Shown here one piece after another: positions 13,644-26,710 of a DNA stretch of 64,000 bases. The DNA is taken from positions 132,432,001-132,496,000 of the forward strand of contig NC_083226.1 of the NCBI RefSeq assembly GCF_032191835.1. The letters are read 5' to 3'. A model generated the notes under the pieces. It worked only from the letters and a program-made list of their open reading frames with translations, was not told where the DNA came from and searched no databases. Numbering within the stretch: the stretch's first letter is position 1; every line of letters begins with the position of its first letter. Source of the DNA: Heteronotia binoei (lineage: Eukaryota). The translations under genes were made by a program, and so were the position numbers.

Positions 13644-13977
13644 AAAAAGGAAAAGGTAGTCCCCTGTGCAAGCACTAGTCGTTTTCGACTCTGGGGTGAC
13701 GTTGCTTTTACAACGTTTTCAAGGCAGACTTTTTAGGAGCTTTCACACATGCTAAACAATGCAGTTTAAATTCACTTCAGCGAAGGTTTGCAAGTGAATT
13801 TTGCCATTTCGCACAGCAAAATCCATTTGCAAAGTGCATTTAAAGTTGATTGCAAGTCTGTTATTTCGTGTGTATGAAAATATCCTTTATGGGGTGGTTT
13901 GCCATTGCCTTCCCCAGTCATACACTTTTCCCCCAGCAAGCTGGGTTTTATCGACCTCGGAAGGATGGAAGGCTGAT
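13644..13977 (-). mobile_element. Sauria-type SINE 3' half interrupted by a palindromic MITE (about 13737-13886)
   Basis: SINE sequence resumes after the insert; TTA/TTTA duplicated at the junctions (Harbinger-like). Confidence 0.7.
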
Positions 13978-14149
13978 GTGCAGAACACATAAAGGGGCTA
14001 TTGGGAACAAGTCGATTGGCCCGTGGGAGGAGTATGGGGAGGAAAATGCAGTAGGGCCTGCGTGTTTTGTGTTTTGTGTACCCCCACACAAAGGAGTGTT
14101 TAGTATCGCTTCATATCTGCACATCGACCACTCTGCTGCTGATTTTTAA

Positions 14150-14610
14150 CCCGATTTTTCCCCTACCGTCAAACCCTTTCTTAGCGGAACGCTTCTTTTC
14201 ACACTGGCGCTGCGGACGGAGTGTTTAAGACGGACACTCACCACAAAAAAAATCTTGCTAGAAGGAATCCAAAATCTTGCAGGTTTCTTGCTTAGCTCTA
14301 TGTGGAGTGTTTGCTGAGCTTCTTTCATCTTGCCTACTCCGCCGTCTCGGAAAAGCAAAAAGGGGCGACAGGATTCTCCAGCGCTCCCAGACGCCGGGCC
14401 CTATTCCCGAGGCAGTTGACAGTCTGCCAGGAATCGCTCGGAAGGTAAAATGCTTTCCTCCCCACGGGCTCCTTCCTGTTCGTGGGCTAGAGAACCTTCC
14501 CATTGTCTGGCAATATCTTTTTCTTTACATTGCGATTTTAGCAGTGTTGAAGTGATGTTGTGAGCTAGCAGAAGTTCGGTTTCCGGCGTTTGAAGTGTCT
14601 TTAAAAACGG
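14150..14610 (+). promoter_or_regulatory. GTF2H2: CpG-rich GTF2H2 promoter / non-coding exon 1 region
   Basis: Local CpG enrichment about 1.2 kb upstream of the first coding exon; ETS-like TTCCGG near 14580; possible donor AAG|gtaaaa at 14444/14445. Exact TSS not determinable. Confidence 0.55.
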
Positions 14611-15718
14611 ATTTAATTGTAGACCTTCACAAAGCTTGCCTGTAATTTCTAGATCTTAAACCTCACTACAGCTTTCCCAGATGTATATTAATTTATTTAC
14701 ATGTGATTTTGAAAGTTCTGTGGGTGAGAGAAAGTGTTGTAAGTGCTCAATACACACACACACACAGTTTTGTAATTGACTTATACTGCTCAGAAAAGGC
14801 AGAACTTCTTAAACTGCAGGTTTTGGAGAGAGGGAAACGAGGCCAGGTTTTTGTTTTTTAAAGTCTTTGTATCCTGGAATTCTGTTATTAATGTTCTCAT
14901 CTACATATGAGCTGCTGCTACAATGGAATTATCTATATGTTCTCAAAGTAAGATCCTCAAACTCTAATGAAACATGAGTTTGTAGATCCTACTTCAGCTA
15001 CCTGTCTCCTTCCTCATATTCTGTAACTCCATTATGTCCAGTTCACCAGGTTGGCCATAATAGAGTGTTCCAGTTTCTACAAGATTCCAATAAACCACAT
15101 GCCAGATACTGTTACAGTACAGTCCTCATCAGAATTACATCCTTATGTCCAGTGAAAGAGAACAGGAATCCCCAATATGGTGCCCAGCAACACCTTTCCT
15201 AGTGTTTTAAGAAAGTAACTGGGGCTATTGGCCATTGTAGATATGAGTGCAGATTTTCACAATGTGACTGAAGGTAAGCTGCATCAGCCATTTTGTGGCT
15301 AGCTCCACCTCCTGTGGCAGCCATTTTGTGGTTGCACACACCACATGATGTCAGAATTACAAAGGCCCAAGAAAGCTGGGGGCTCCTGAATTAGAAGGAT
15401 GTAACAGTTTAGAATTGCACCATTATGGGTGTTCTGTATAGGTTTTAGAAGGAAATATCTTATTTGCAGATTAGTACAATACAACTTCCTCTCAGACTAA
15501 GTAGGTTCTTCCCTTGTATAGCAATCACGCAAATGCTGACTGACTATGTTGCCTTGCTTCATCATGTTTAATTCAGGCCTGAGATACAGCACCTCAGAGG
15601 ATCAAGCCTCAAGTTAGTGTGTTTGTTTTAGCTAACTATTTGTTGTGGCCTCAACATCACGAAAATATTTTGAATTGTTGTTTTAAACTAAATTAAACCA
15701 ATTCTTATGTTATGTTAG

Positions 15719-15982
<264 letters not shown>

Positions 15983-17140
15983 TAGGCACTAAACTGCACA
16001 ACCGTCTCATAAACAATTGAATACAAAACAAATTATATTCTGAAGTAATCTGCATCCTAGTGTAATTCTACAAGAAGAGTCTGCAAAGTTCTCTGTATTT
16101 CAGATATATACTACTTAAACTGAAAATGTTTTAGCCATCCCTTGTATGAAATTTAAGCCAATCAGATGACTGCAATAAGGGTCTGTCATCCATAGTTATA
16201 TAACATTATTTTAAAAACTCAGTATAAACTATAGCGATGGTGGTATGTAAAAGAGTAGTAATGTCAGTGTGTTGAGTATGTATGCCCAGAGAAAAATATA
16301 TGCCATAGATAACATATTTGTGTATGTCACTATCTTTGACAAAATGTAAATGTGCCTTCTATAATGTGTGTAGCTGATACCTTTGTTTAAATTTATTTTC
16401 ATGGATTTATTAAAATATTTATATCCTGCCTTTCCTGATGGTTGAGAAGGCTTGCAAATCATAACTAATGGCATCACGATTTAAGACCAACAGACTAAAA
16501 GCCAAAATAATACCCTTCCCATAAAATACCTGCAATTTTGTACCCCGTTAAAAGCTCTGGCTAATGAAATGACCTTACAGCATCCCCTAAATGCCTTTCT
16601 AGGCGCTGTAATGAAAGAGACACAGGCTTTGGTATACCTTAATTGGGGCAATAGTCCGTAGGTTATAGCCTGAGCACCGTGGATATATATGATAGGAAAC
16701 TGTCCTTTAGGTATGTGGGTCCTAGACCATGAAAGGCTTTAGTGCTTAACTAGCAACTTGAATTGGATGTTGCCAGCCAGTTTAGTTGTTTAAGATAGAC
16801 AAGATTAACTTATCGTTTAGCCTCTGACAATAATCAGGTAACCATGTTCTGAAGTTGTTGAAATTCCTGGGTTGTCTTCAATGGCAGCCCAACACAGACC
16901 ACATAATATTAAACCAACTATGAAGCTGCAGTAGCATGCATAAATTGAACTGAACTTTTTTTAGTGATATGAATTAATTTAACTCAACTCATCTGTTTCT
17001 GACTGGACCAGAACCTATTTTAACTTCCTTATAGTTTTTGAAAGCAAATATAAGTTCTTTGAATTTATGTTAGCTATGCAAACTGTATGCTATGAAATTC
17101 ACTAGCTATTATCTCTGAACATACTTATTTCTCCTTCCAG

Positions 17141-17177
17141 AATCTATGCACATCATGGACAAGTTCGACTTGGGATG
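17141..17177 (+). CDS. GTF2H2: TFIIH p44 coding exon 3/15
   Basis: IYAHHGQVRLGM; ccag/gtaaga. Confidence 0.95.
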
Positions 17178-17234
17178 GTAAGACTTCTTTTCTGAATTTG
17201 TTCTAAAATTAATTTGGCTGTTTGTAAGACAATA

Positions 17235-17370
17235 AGAACATAAGAGAAGCCATGTTGGATCAGGCCAACGGCCCATCAAGTCCAACACTCTGTGTCACAC
17301 AGTGGCAAAAATTTTTATATACACACATACACTGTGGCTAATAGCCACTGATGGACCTGTGCTCCATATA
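17235..17370 (-). mobile_element. CR1-type LINE 3' tail
   Basis: taagaacataagagaagccatgttggatcagg...; near-identical opposite-strand copy at about 43068-43184. Confidence 0.75.
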
Positions 17371-17639
17371 TTTATACCACTCCAAGTAAGTTTGTGAACT
17401 TACTTGGAGTGGTATAAGGAAATTAAATGAGTCTGGTTCAGAGGATGTTAAGGACAATGACCAGACATCTTATTTTTCTTTTGGGGTTGCAGATAGTTGT
17501 AAAAAACCCCCCCAAACTAATACTCAATAAATTTTTAAGTTTTAGAGCCTGAGTGCTTTCTGTGGAATTTTTTTTTTACTACGAAAATATCATTTTAAAA
17601 TCTATTTGGACAGCTACATTTTTTTTTAACTTTGTATAG

Positions 17640-17762
<123 letters not shown>

Positions 17763-18126
17763 TGATAATTCTAAATCTGTACCAATGCTAGACAGAGCAG
17801 GGTAGTCCAAATTTTAAACATGTGTTCAGCCATGAAATTTGTTGGATGACTTCACTTTTAATTAAATATGTGGACTGGGAAGTTAATTTTTGCAAGTAAA
17901 TTTATATTGCTTGCTTATTTAGCAGTAGCAATCTCTTTATCATAATCTTATGTTTTGCTATTATTCCCTGTACATACTTTTTACATAAAAATGGTTGAAC
18001 TTTAAAGGACACTTTCTGAAGAATGGATCTAAAAATGTGGAGATATTAATAAAGCTGTTTCATAAAATAAAGCTGTTTCATAACTTCAATGCTAATTGTT
18101 CTAATTTAACATTTGTGTTTATGTAG

Positions 18127-18177
18127 CTCTTGGAATATTTTGTTGAAGAATACTTTGACCAAAATCCTATTAGTCAG
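18127..18177 (+). CDS. GTF2H2: TFIIH p44 coding exon 5/15
   Basis: [17 protein letters not shown]. Confidence 0.96.
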
Positions 18178-19360
18178 GTAGGTACAGAAGTCTCCCAGAA
18201 TCTGTTTTCTTCTGGCCATAACACATTTCCCCCCTGAAACATACATCTGGTTTTGATATAAAAAACATGAAGTTGCCTAGTACTATGACAAATCTAACAG
18301 CTCTCCCAAATTTTCAGATAAAGGACTCTCCTTCTGACTTACCGTAGTTCCTGGGGATTGAATCTGGGATCATTTACATGCAAAGCATGAGCTCTTCCAG
18401 TGAATAATGGCCACTTTCTAAAACCATTGACAATATGTAATCTCAGTGTGAGTAATCTCAGGGCAGCAATGAATTGGAATGAGATTGTAAAAACAAAAAA
18501 CAAGCAGGTGCACTGTATACTTTGCACTAAAAAAAGAACCAAAATTTTGCAACTGGTATACATTATGTAATCTGCATATATATGCAAATCTTGCATTTTA
18601 TGTTGCTTCTGATGTCCACAGGGAATGGCAGAAGCTGCACTGAAGTGTTTAAGCATTGGAAATTCTGCTTTCCATTTTAAATTTGCCTGACACTCCTTTC
18701 TTTCAAGCTTGTCTTTGTAGCTATAAGAGAGATTAACTGATCTTTTTACAAAAGGAAAGCAGAGAGTCTGAGGACCCTAACACTTGCAATATAAAACTAG
18801 ATACTTCTATAGCATGGTTGTGTAATTAATAACTCTTTGAATAACTCTTGAGCTGTGTGAGGAAGAAAGGTAGCTAATAAATATTTTAAACAAATAAATA
18901 CAAAATATTTCAAACATTTCCTCAGAAACCTCATTTTTTTACTTCATCATGTGCCCAGCTGTAGTAGTTGGGGAGATGTAGCCCCAATTAAAATATCTTG
19001 TGTGCAACTTTACTGCAACTGAGTTGTTACTATTGTTTGGTATGTGTTTCTGATGCTGTCTTTGTGTAGGTATATGGGATTAGCCCATATGAAGCCTTGC
19101 TAGAGGCCATTAATGGTATGAGCTACTTTCTTCACCGTGGAATCTTATGCGGTGATCCTGTTTCATTCCAGCTTGCAGGGTGAAGGCTACTTCCACACTA
19201 CCTGTTTGAGTATGAAATGGACATCATTCAGTCAGTTGTTCTGGAGAGTACAGTGATTTGTTAATAATTTGTTACATTCTAGTGTTTTCCATTTTTGCAC
19301 AACTCCTGTGAGACTTTATTATGCTATGAATCCTATTAACTGCAGGCCTTTTTGTTGCAG

Positions 19361-19415
19361 ATTGGCATTATTGTAACAAAGGGTAAAAGAGCTGAAAAAC
19401 TGACTGAGCTTTCAG
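19361..19415 (+). CDS. GTF2H2: TFIIH p44 coding exon 6/15
   Basis: IGIIVTKGKRAEKLTELS. Confidence 0.96.
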
Positions 19416-19588
19416 GTATGATAAATGCTTTTCTTTTATGCCAAGCAAAGATCAATGATATCACCTCTTTCTGTGTCTTTTGAATAGTTTGGTGTTTTTA
19501 GTCATTCTTTCTGTTTCAAGTAATAGTAATATTTATTACTTTGCTCCTAAATACATTTAAAAAACAATTCACAATATATCAGTATATT

Positions 19589-20034
19589 CAGGGTTTTTTT
19601 GTAGCAGGAACTCCTTTGCATATTAGGCCACACACCCCTGATGTAGCCAGTCCTGGAGCTTACAGTAGGTCTTGTACTGTGAACTGCTCTGACACTATAT
19701 TCGGGAAACTGCCGGCAAAATATGTGAATTTTATGATCTATTAACATTGATTTGGATATATTTCATTGGTTTCTGACTTCCGGATGTATTTGCACTCTTC
19801 GAGAAGATTTTTCTGTAAAAGCGATCTAATAATACTAAATGTGACGGTACATGTAAGGCTATGTTTTGGACCCCGTGTTGGGGAGTGTTGTTTCTGTTGA
19901 AATGTTACTTAAATGTTTCTAATAAAATTTAAATTATATATAAAAAAAGAAGCCTGTAAGTTCTTGGAGGATTTGCTACATCGGAGGTTTGTGGCCTAAT
20001 ATGCAAAGGAGCTCCTGCTATTAAAAAAGAACTG
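19589..20034. mobile_element. Palindromic hAT MITE with an internal retroposed tail (about 19680-19948)
   Basis: Long TIRs containing GGCCTAATATGCAAAGGAG; TSD AGTATATT/AGTATATG; insert ends AATAAA plus A-run. Confidence 0.75.
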
Positions 20035-20184
20035 AGTATATGACTTCTGTTTGCTCTGTGGATAGATTATGTCCAGCATTTTAGAAAACATTTTGTCTGT
20101 AACTTTTATACCTTCAGTTGCATACAAACAAAATTTCAGAGGTTTTTGGATTAATTTATAGTGATGGATAAATTTGTCTTGTAG

Positions 20185-20290
20185 GGAATCCAAGAAAACA
20201 CATAGCTGCTCTGAAGAAAGCTGTAGACATTTCTTGTCATGGAGAGCCATCGCTATACAATGCCCTAAATCTAGCCACACAGACATTAAA
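20185..20290 (+). CDS. GTF2H2: TFIIH p44 coding exon 7/15
   Basis: [35 protein letters not shown]. Confidence 0.96.
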
Positions 20291-21195
20291 GTGAGTACCC
20301 ATAGTCTATTTTAACGTTTTACAAGGATAGAAATGAAAATTAATTCTGATCATATTGTTCCTTAGGGCCAAACTACATATGTTCCCATTCTGCCCTTCCT
20401 TCCTTTTCCAGGAGCTCTGAGTAGCTTACATGGGTCTCTGGCCCTACATTTTACGTACAGGTAGGTTAGGCAGTAAGGAAGTGACTGGTCAGCCTTGATG
20501 GGACCAGGCTTCCCTTACCACAATACCATGCTGGATGTCAGGGCTGCCACACTAGGGGAAGCTGTTTTTAATCCTTCTGTCTCTAGTGTCCTTTTTCTAA
20601 TTGAAATCTCCTTTAGAGCTGCTTTTAGACATGGTGAAAAAGAGAAGGACATTCACACACACACCATTCTCCTCCTCCTGCAGCTCCTTTTTAATGTTAC
20701 AAAAACATGAGGAATGCTGTTCTTGTATCTTCCATGTAGTACAGCTGGCCTTTGGTCATTCTTGATTGACTCATATAAAGCTGCAGAAATATTTTGGTAA
20801 CTAACACACACTGAATGTATTCTGAGGACTGTATAAGATAGTGTCCTTATGCTCTGATGATTAATTTTCTTTTAGCTGTTATCTGCCTAGGCTCACTTGT
20901 CAACCATTATTTCAGCTTTACTGTGTTTAAATAATATTTTGGAGGGTATCACAGAAACAAGCACAGGGAATTCCATGTTTTGTGCACACTGTCTTGTATG
21001 TGCATCAGAATCTGGTTGGTGGGGCTGGATCTACTGCTTTTCTGCATAAGCAGGAGTTAGCCTTAATTTTGATGCTGCAAATGTATACCAATATAACCTC
21101 ATTAATTTAAAACTGAGAAGTCTGTGCCTTGGATTTGACTGTCTGGTACCTGTTTTTGTAACAAATGTAAATGAATGCTTTCTTGCTTTCTGCAG

Positions 21196-21286
21196 GCACA
21201 TGCCAGGTCATACAAGCAGAGAGGTTCTGGTAATATTCAGCAGTCTAACAACATGTGATCCTTCTAATATATATGACTTAATTAAG
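21196..21286 (+). CDS. GTF2H2: TFIIH p44 coding exon 8/15
   Basis: [30 protein letters not shown]. Confidence 0.96.
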
Positions 21287-21453
21287 GTACAGAAGTTTAA
21301 AAATATCTGAACATTCTAAAAAGATGCAAGACCTTTCTTGGCTGGGTTGGGAGATAAATTCTGCTTGGCTGGGGTGAATAAACCTGAAAACTTTGTGTGG
21401 TTTACAGTTTTTTAATCTGTCAGTGTATGTTTTTTCTTTCTTTCAATTTACAG

Positions 21454-21541
21454 TGTTTAAAGGCAATCAAAATCAGAGTGTCTGTCATAGGCCTTTCTGC
21501 TGAAGTTCGAGTTTGCACTGTTCTTGCTCGGGAAACTGGTG
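21454..21541 (+). CDS. GTF2H2: TFIIH p44 coding exon 9/15
   Basis: [29 protein letters not shown]. Confidence 0.96.
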
Positions 21542-22526
21542 GTATGTATGTTTATATATGTTTGCAGTGTTAAGAAAAAGAGGACTCCAGAGACCTGTAA
21601 ACAAAGCTCCTCATAGGAAGAGCTTTCCTGACTTCCTCTTCTACTGGTGCCCCTTCTTTCTCCTGAGGACTAGGAGACTTTCAGAAATTATATGGGATGG
21701 GATATGATGTGAGAAGTTGCAGCTAGAATGGAAAGAATGTGCCTTCTATTCTTGAAAGATTGTGTCTGGATCTAGCCCAGTGATTCTGTACATAAGCAAA
21801 TGTTTACATATGCAAATATAAAATGACGGATGATCACATAAGACACATATTTCTTGAATTTGCAGATGTTATGATTTTTATTTCCCTGTGACTTTTAAAT
21901 TTCTGATTGGAAATGACGTTGCAAAGTAGCTTAATTGTTTAATGACTTATCTAAAATAATTGGTATAATATATAATTTGTTCACCTTGAAATAAAGTAAT
22001 TATAAAATTGAGAACATTTTTATTACTTATGCAACAAATTAAGCTTTCCTTATAGCTTGTGTATTTTGACAATGGAAAATGGTGATAAGGAGCAGATGGT
22101 AACATACCTATATAAAGTATAAAGTAAAAGAAATAAGAGAAACTGCTTAAATTGTTAAAATCAAAGGAACTGCTCATAATATAAACATTTCTGTTGAGGG
22201 TCATCAAAATTATACTTCAAAATCATAAGCTTCTCACATCACTTATTAACAAATATTTCAATTGTTATATTAACATATTCTCAGCCAGTCTAAAAAATGG
22301 GTTCAGAGCTTACTGACAATTTTAGTAGCTCACCTGCCCAAACATACCTGTGTTAATAATCTGTGACTTAAAAGAGGAGGAAAAGCTTGCTTGCTTTTGT
22401 CAGATTACCTTATTGGCCACCCGGAGGCAACGGTTACTCACCAAAGGTGGCAAGTGAGTATGTGCAAAGCTACTCTCAGTACCTTCTCTGCCAACTAAAC
22501 CTTTTTGGTTTTCTTGTATGCGGCAG

Positions 22527-22634
22527 GAACCTATCATGTAATTTTAGATGAAAGTCATTACAGGGAACTCCTGATGCAGCATGTCAGTCCACCACCAGCC
22601 TGTTCAAGTTCTGAAAGCTCGCTTATTCGAATGG
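22527..22634 (+). CDS. GTF2H2: TFIIH p44 coding exon 10/15
   Basis: [35 protein letters not shown]. Confidence 0.96.
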
Positions 22635-23980
22635 GTAAGAAATATATTCCAAATACTTCGCATTTGAATGATCCTGACAATCTATTTATGTGTCAAGTGA
22701 CAGGCATCTTGCATAGATTTAAAAGTAAACAGAGCTGTAGGCTTTGTGGTACAGATGGAAATAAAGGACCCTTCAGTCCCCCCTCCCTTTGCAGTCTCTT
22801 CTCTCTGATCCTGACTGGAAGGAGAACCAGCTGGCCACAGAGAAGAGACTGTAAAATCATCATTGCCATGGCAGCCACCCTGGAAAAGAACAAACTGGCT
22901 AGAATAGGGTGGGGACAGTTTTTGATCTCTTTTGTCAGTTGTCAACATGCCATCCTCTGGATGCCTTGGCAGTCTTACTCTCTGTCCACCCCTGCTGTGT
23001 CTCATACTGAGGAGAGAGCAGGAAAACAGAGAGGGAATTTGTCCTCTTACTCAAGTTCAACATGGGTGGAGAGAGACTATTCTGTATGGCAGAGATAATG
23101 AATATTAACAGTTACATCTTATATTATTGTGTGTGCATGTTTGGTGAGGTGGTGCACAAGACATACAATAGTCTTATGCCTTTGTTTATATATATGGCTT
23201 TTATATATTGTTTTATATATATAGTGAATTTTAAGTATGTTTTGAGTTGATCAATATAATTGCACTACATTTAAAACAAATAGGGCTAAAGTTCTGATGA
23301 GGTGTGGTACCACACTAGGCCTTGGTTTTGCTGTCAGCAAGGAGTGAGCCAGAGAATGGTGATCATGCTCAGGCATCAGAGCAGTGTGTACAAAAATCTG
23401 TTTGATACCAGTTGGCAGCTGGCTCTGCTGATTATCACAAGGACTTGTCAGAAAGCTATTTCTTTCATCACTATGAAACAGGCTTCCATGCATTCCTTTC
23501 ACCTTAGAATTAAGATGGTATGCTTTGTTATACAGAGGGAGGAATAGCTTAGGCCAGTTGTCTTTGGATACATGTTAACTGCTGGGTTGGATCCATTGGT
23601 AATTTCCACTGATGGACAAGATTTCCATCAACAGACCAGACTTTCTTGCTTGCCTTGCCCTGCTGTAGGCCAAAATTCTCCCTGAAATGCTGTTCCTAGG
23701 GTATAGGGGACCCCTAAGAGCAACATGAGTGGCAAGTAGGATGTCTGCAGTGAAGGGACAGAATTGGAAATCAACCTTCCCTCCTTCTACTAGCAGAAAT
23801 CTACTGCTGCATCCAGCTCATTATAAAGCAAAGATTATTGTACTAATCTATCATTCACAGCTTCTCAAAAATTAAAGGACGTGAATTGTAATCTGGGTTC
23901 CTTGGGGTGTTTCACTCCAGATTCCAGTATGACTATGTGAATGTGGACAAAGAAGCAGTGATAATGATCAAGCTTTGTAA

Positions 23981-24076
<96 letters not shown>

Positions 24077-25293
24077 TGAGTAAAATGCACTTGTGATATT
24101 GATGGTACTTGAGTCACAGCCCCCAAAAGATACATGAGAGCATTGGAAAACAAGTATGTGTGCAGCCAGATCTGTCTTTAGCAGTAGCAGTGGAAGAAGG
24201 GAACTGACTGTTGTTTAATTGAACAGTTGTTTGCAGTTGCTGGAGCTGCTGTGGTGAAAATGTCGAACTTTTGGCTTTGCCTAAATTGTTCCCCCACAGA
24301 CTTAATTTTTTTTTTTGCCTCAGTGTTGCTTTTGCAAAATTATAACTCTTCAGATTGTTTTAGAAATTCCAGTTATTTTGTTTTAGAAATTCTGTGTTTT
24401 AGAAATTTCAGTGATTGCTACTCCAAGGCCCCAACTTACCATAAGAACCATGCACTCAGTACTGATGAATTGATGTCTGGCAGTAGATTTTGAGGGGCAG
24501 AACTCACTGCCACACTCCATCCGAAAGCAGATTGTTTTTATGTTCTCACCCCTCAAGTTCTCTTTAGAACTGATTCAGCAATCTGATTATACCCTATAGT
24601 GCTTCCTAAGCTCTTGCTAGTATCTTTTCTTGCACTAGAGTTTGGTCATAATTTTGTTTGCTGCAGTCACCAGAATGATGGGCAAACTCTTATTTATTAA
24701 ACTTATTCATTAACCTATTTAAAATATTAACATACTGCTGATCAGTAGGACTCAAAGCTGCTTGCATTATTAAAACTAGCTAAAATCTCATTCTTGCTGA
24801 TGTAAGTGGAGGAACTGATAATCCTTGGTCTGATGATACACATAATGGAGGACGTGAGGTTCCTAGGTCTTGAAAGGGTCTAAAGGTTAACACAAACAAA
24901 GCTTGGCACAAACTGTCAACAATCTAGCAACCTTATTCTGCACCAATTAGAGCTAGCTTCCATGTTCCCTTCAAAGGCAGCTCCACAGAGAGCAAATTAC
25001 AGTAGCCAGTTGTTAAGATTTCCATAGCATGGATCTTGCAAAACAAAATAATATTGTAAGTTCAGGAAGCCCTATAATGCATATGTGGCTCCCTGAGCTG
25101 ACTTTAATAGGAGTTGGGAGAGAAGAGAAGCATTATCTGCTTGGGTGGAGGCAGTAGTAGAAGCATGGGGGGGCGGGCAGTGAGAGGCCTTAGGCAGCAA
25201 CATGTATTGAACCAGTGCAGAATGTGCCAACTGTTCTGCATGTGCTAAATATTTCTGTTTAACATATTTTAGAAAACTGTTATTCTTTTATAG

Positions 25294-25397
25294 GCACCTG
25301 GAAAACAGCAATGAACCAGGTCTTACATTGGGAGGGTATTTCTGTCCGCAGTGTAGAGCCAAATACTGTGAGCTTCCTGTGGAATGCAAAGTTTGTG
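25294..25397 (+). CDS. GTF2H2: TFIIH p44 coding exon 12/15 (C4 zinc finger)
   Basis: [34 protein letters not shown]. Confidence 0.96.
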
Positions 25398-25639
25398 GTA
25401 AGTAACAGTGTGTGTATTTTTTATTGATTTAACAAAATGCCATTCATTATGGAGCTGCAGGAGCAGAAAAATAGGTCACAGAACTATCTGGTACATGCCA
25501 TCTAGAATCTAAGAAAAATGTGTCTTTTAGCTTTGAAAGCTGAACTTGCAGCAAGTTTTCTGGACCTCTGTATATATGGATGATTAAAGTATGCTGTAAT
25601 AAAATCTAGTTTGCTGTAATGAAAATCTCTCTTTAATGG

Positions 25640-25836
25640 GAGGAGGATCTGTTGCTCAGTTGTAGAGTATCTCCATAGTATGCTGAAGATCTAAGGCTCA
25701 GTCCCTGGGATCTCCAGCTAAAGGATTTGGTAGTAGGTGAAAGAACTCTACTCAAGACCCTGGAGAGCCACTGCCAATCTGAGTAAACAGACAGTGATGG
25801 ACAAGTGGTTTTGTCTCAGTGTAAGTCAGCTTCATA
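25640..25836 (+). mobile_element. Degenerate tRNA-derived SINE (Squam2/AnolisSINE2-type)
   Basis: Homologous to 62096-62290. Confidence 0.7.
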
Positions 25837-26386
25837 CGATCAGTGTGCTATAGTTAATTGTGGACCTTTTAAAGAGAAGCATTTGTGTACAGATGGAATT
25901 CTGGCTTCAAGATTACTGTATATAAGGAACATACAAATGAAATGAATGATTAAAGAAGTAATGAGGCTTAAGGTGGGGTTAAGTTGATTGGCAGGCATTG
26001 CTATTGTAGCTGTCACAAATTTTTGACTGCCTATTTGTTATGGAGACCTACTCTCAATTGATGCCTCTTTAGTGATTGAGGGTGTTTTTGGGAGTAAATG
26101 GAAAATAATAACAACTAATGAAATAAATTGTTCTAGGTTCTCTTTTCCAGCAATTTAGAAAAGATTCTGCCACTAATTAAACAAAATTTGGCAGTATCAT
26201 ATACTTGTTTCTGAACTAGACCACAGAGTGTAGATCAAGAGAGTGTGGACTTCTCAAAAGAATGGGAAGATTAAATTTGCCCCCAATAATAGAAATACCC
26301 ATAACTTGAAGAAAAGAATGCCCACTGAACTTGGAAATGCTAGGTAACTATATTGCTGGGCCTTCTAAGCATTGTTTTTTGTAAAG

Positions 26387-26710
26387 CAGGGGTCCCCAGC
26401 TTCTTTGAGCCTGTGGGCACTATTGGACTTCTGACACAACATAATAGACACTGCAATAAAATCACTGCTGCAGGAGGTGGAGCCAACTAAGAAATAATTT
26501 CACCAGTTTACCTTCAGCCACATAGTGAAGATCCCTTGTGCTATGGGGGCAGCTGCCGCCAAAGCAATGGTTTTAAAAATCTCAAAGCCAATCAGAAACC
26601 TTGCTGGGTAAAAGCCCCACCTGGCCCTACCCACTTTCAAAAAAACACTTGGTGGGTGCCACCAAGTGTTTTTTAGAAAGTGTCCAGAGGCACCACATTG
26701 GGGACCTCTG
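26387..26710. mobile_element. hAT-type non-autonomous element (related copies about 8560-8943, 15170-15392, 37893-38330)
   Basis: CAGGGGTCCCC...GGGGACCTCTG termini; shared internal motifs gcctgtgggcac and aaaatggctgc-like. Confidence 0.65.

Noticed and set aside
19343-19360. Alternative in-frame acceptor 15 nt upstream of GTF2H2 coding exon 6
   Set aside because: It lies directly after the likely branch point (TTAAC) and has no pyrimidine tract.
22505-23098. 197-aa ORF as a separate gene
   Set aside because: It is GTF2H2 coding exon 10 plus read-through into the intron.
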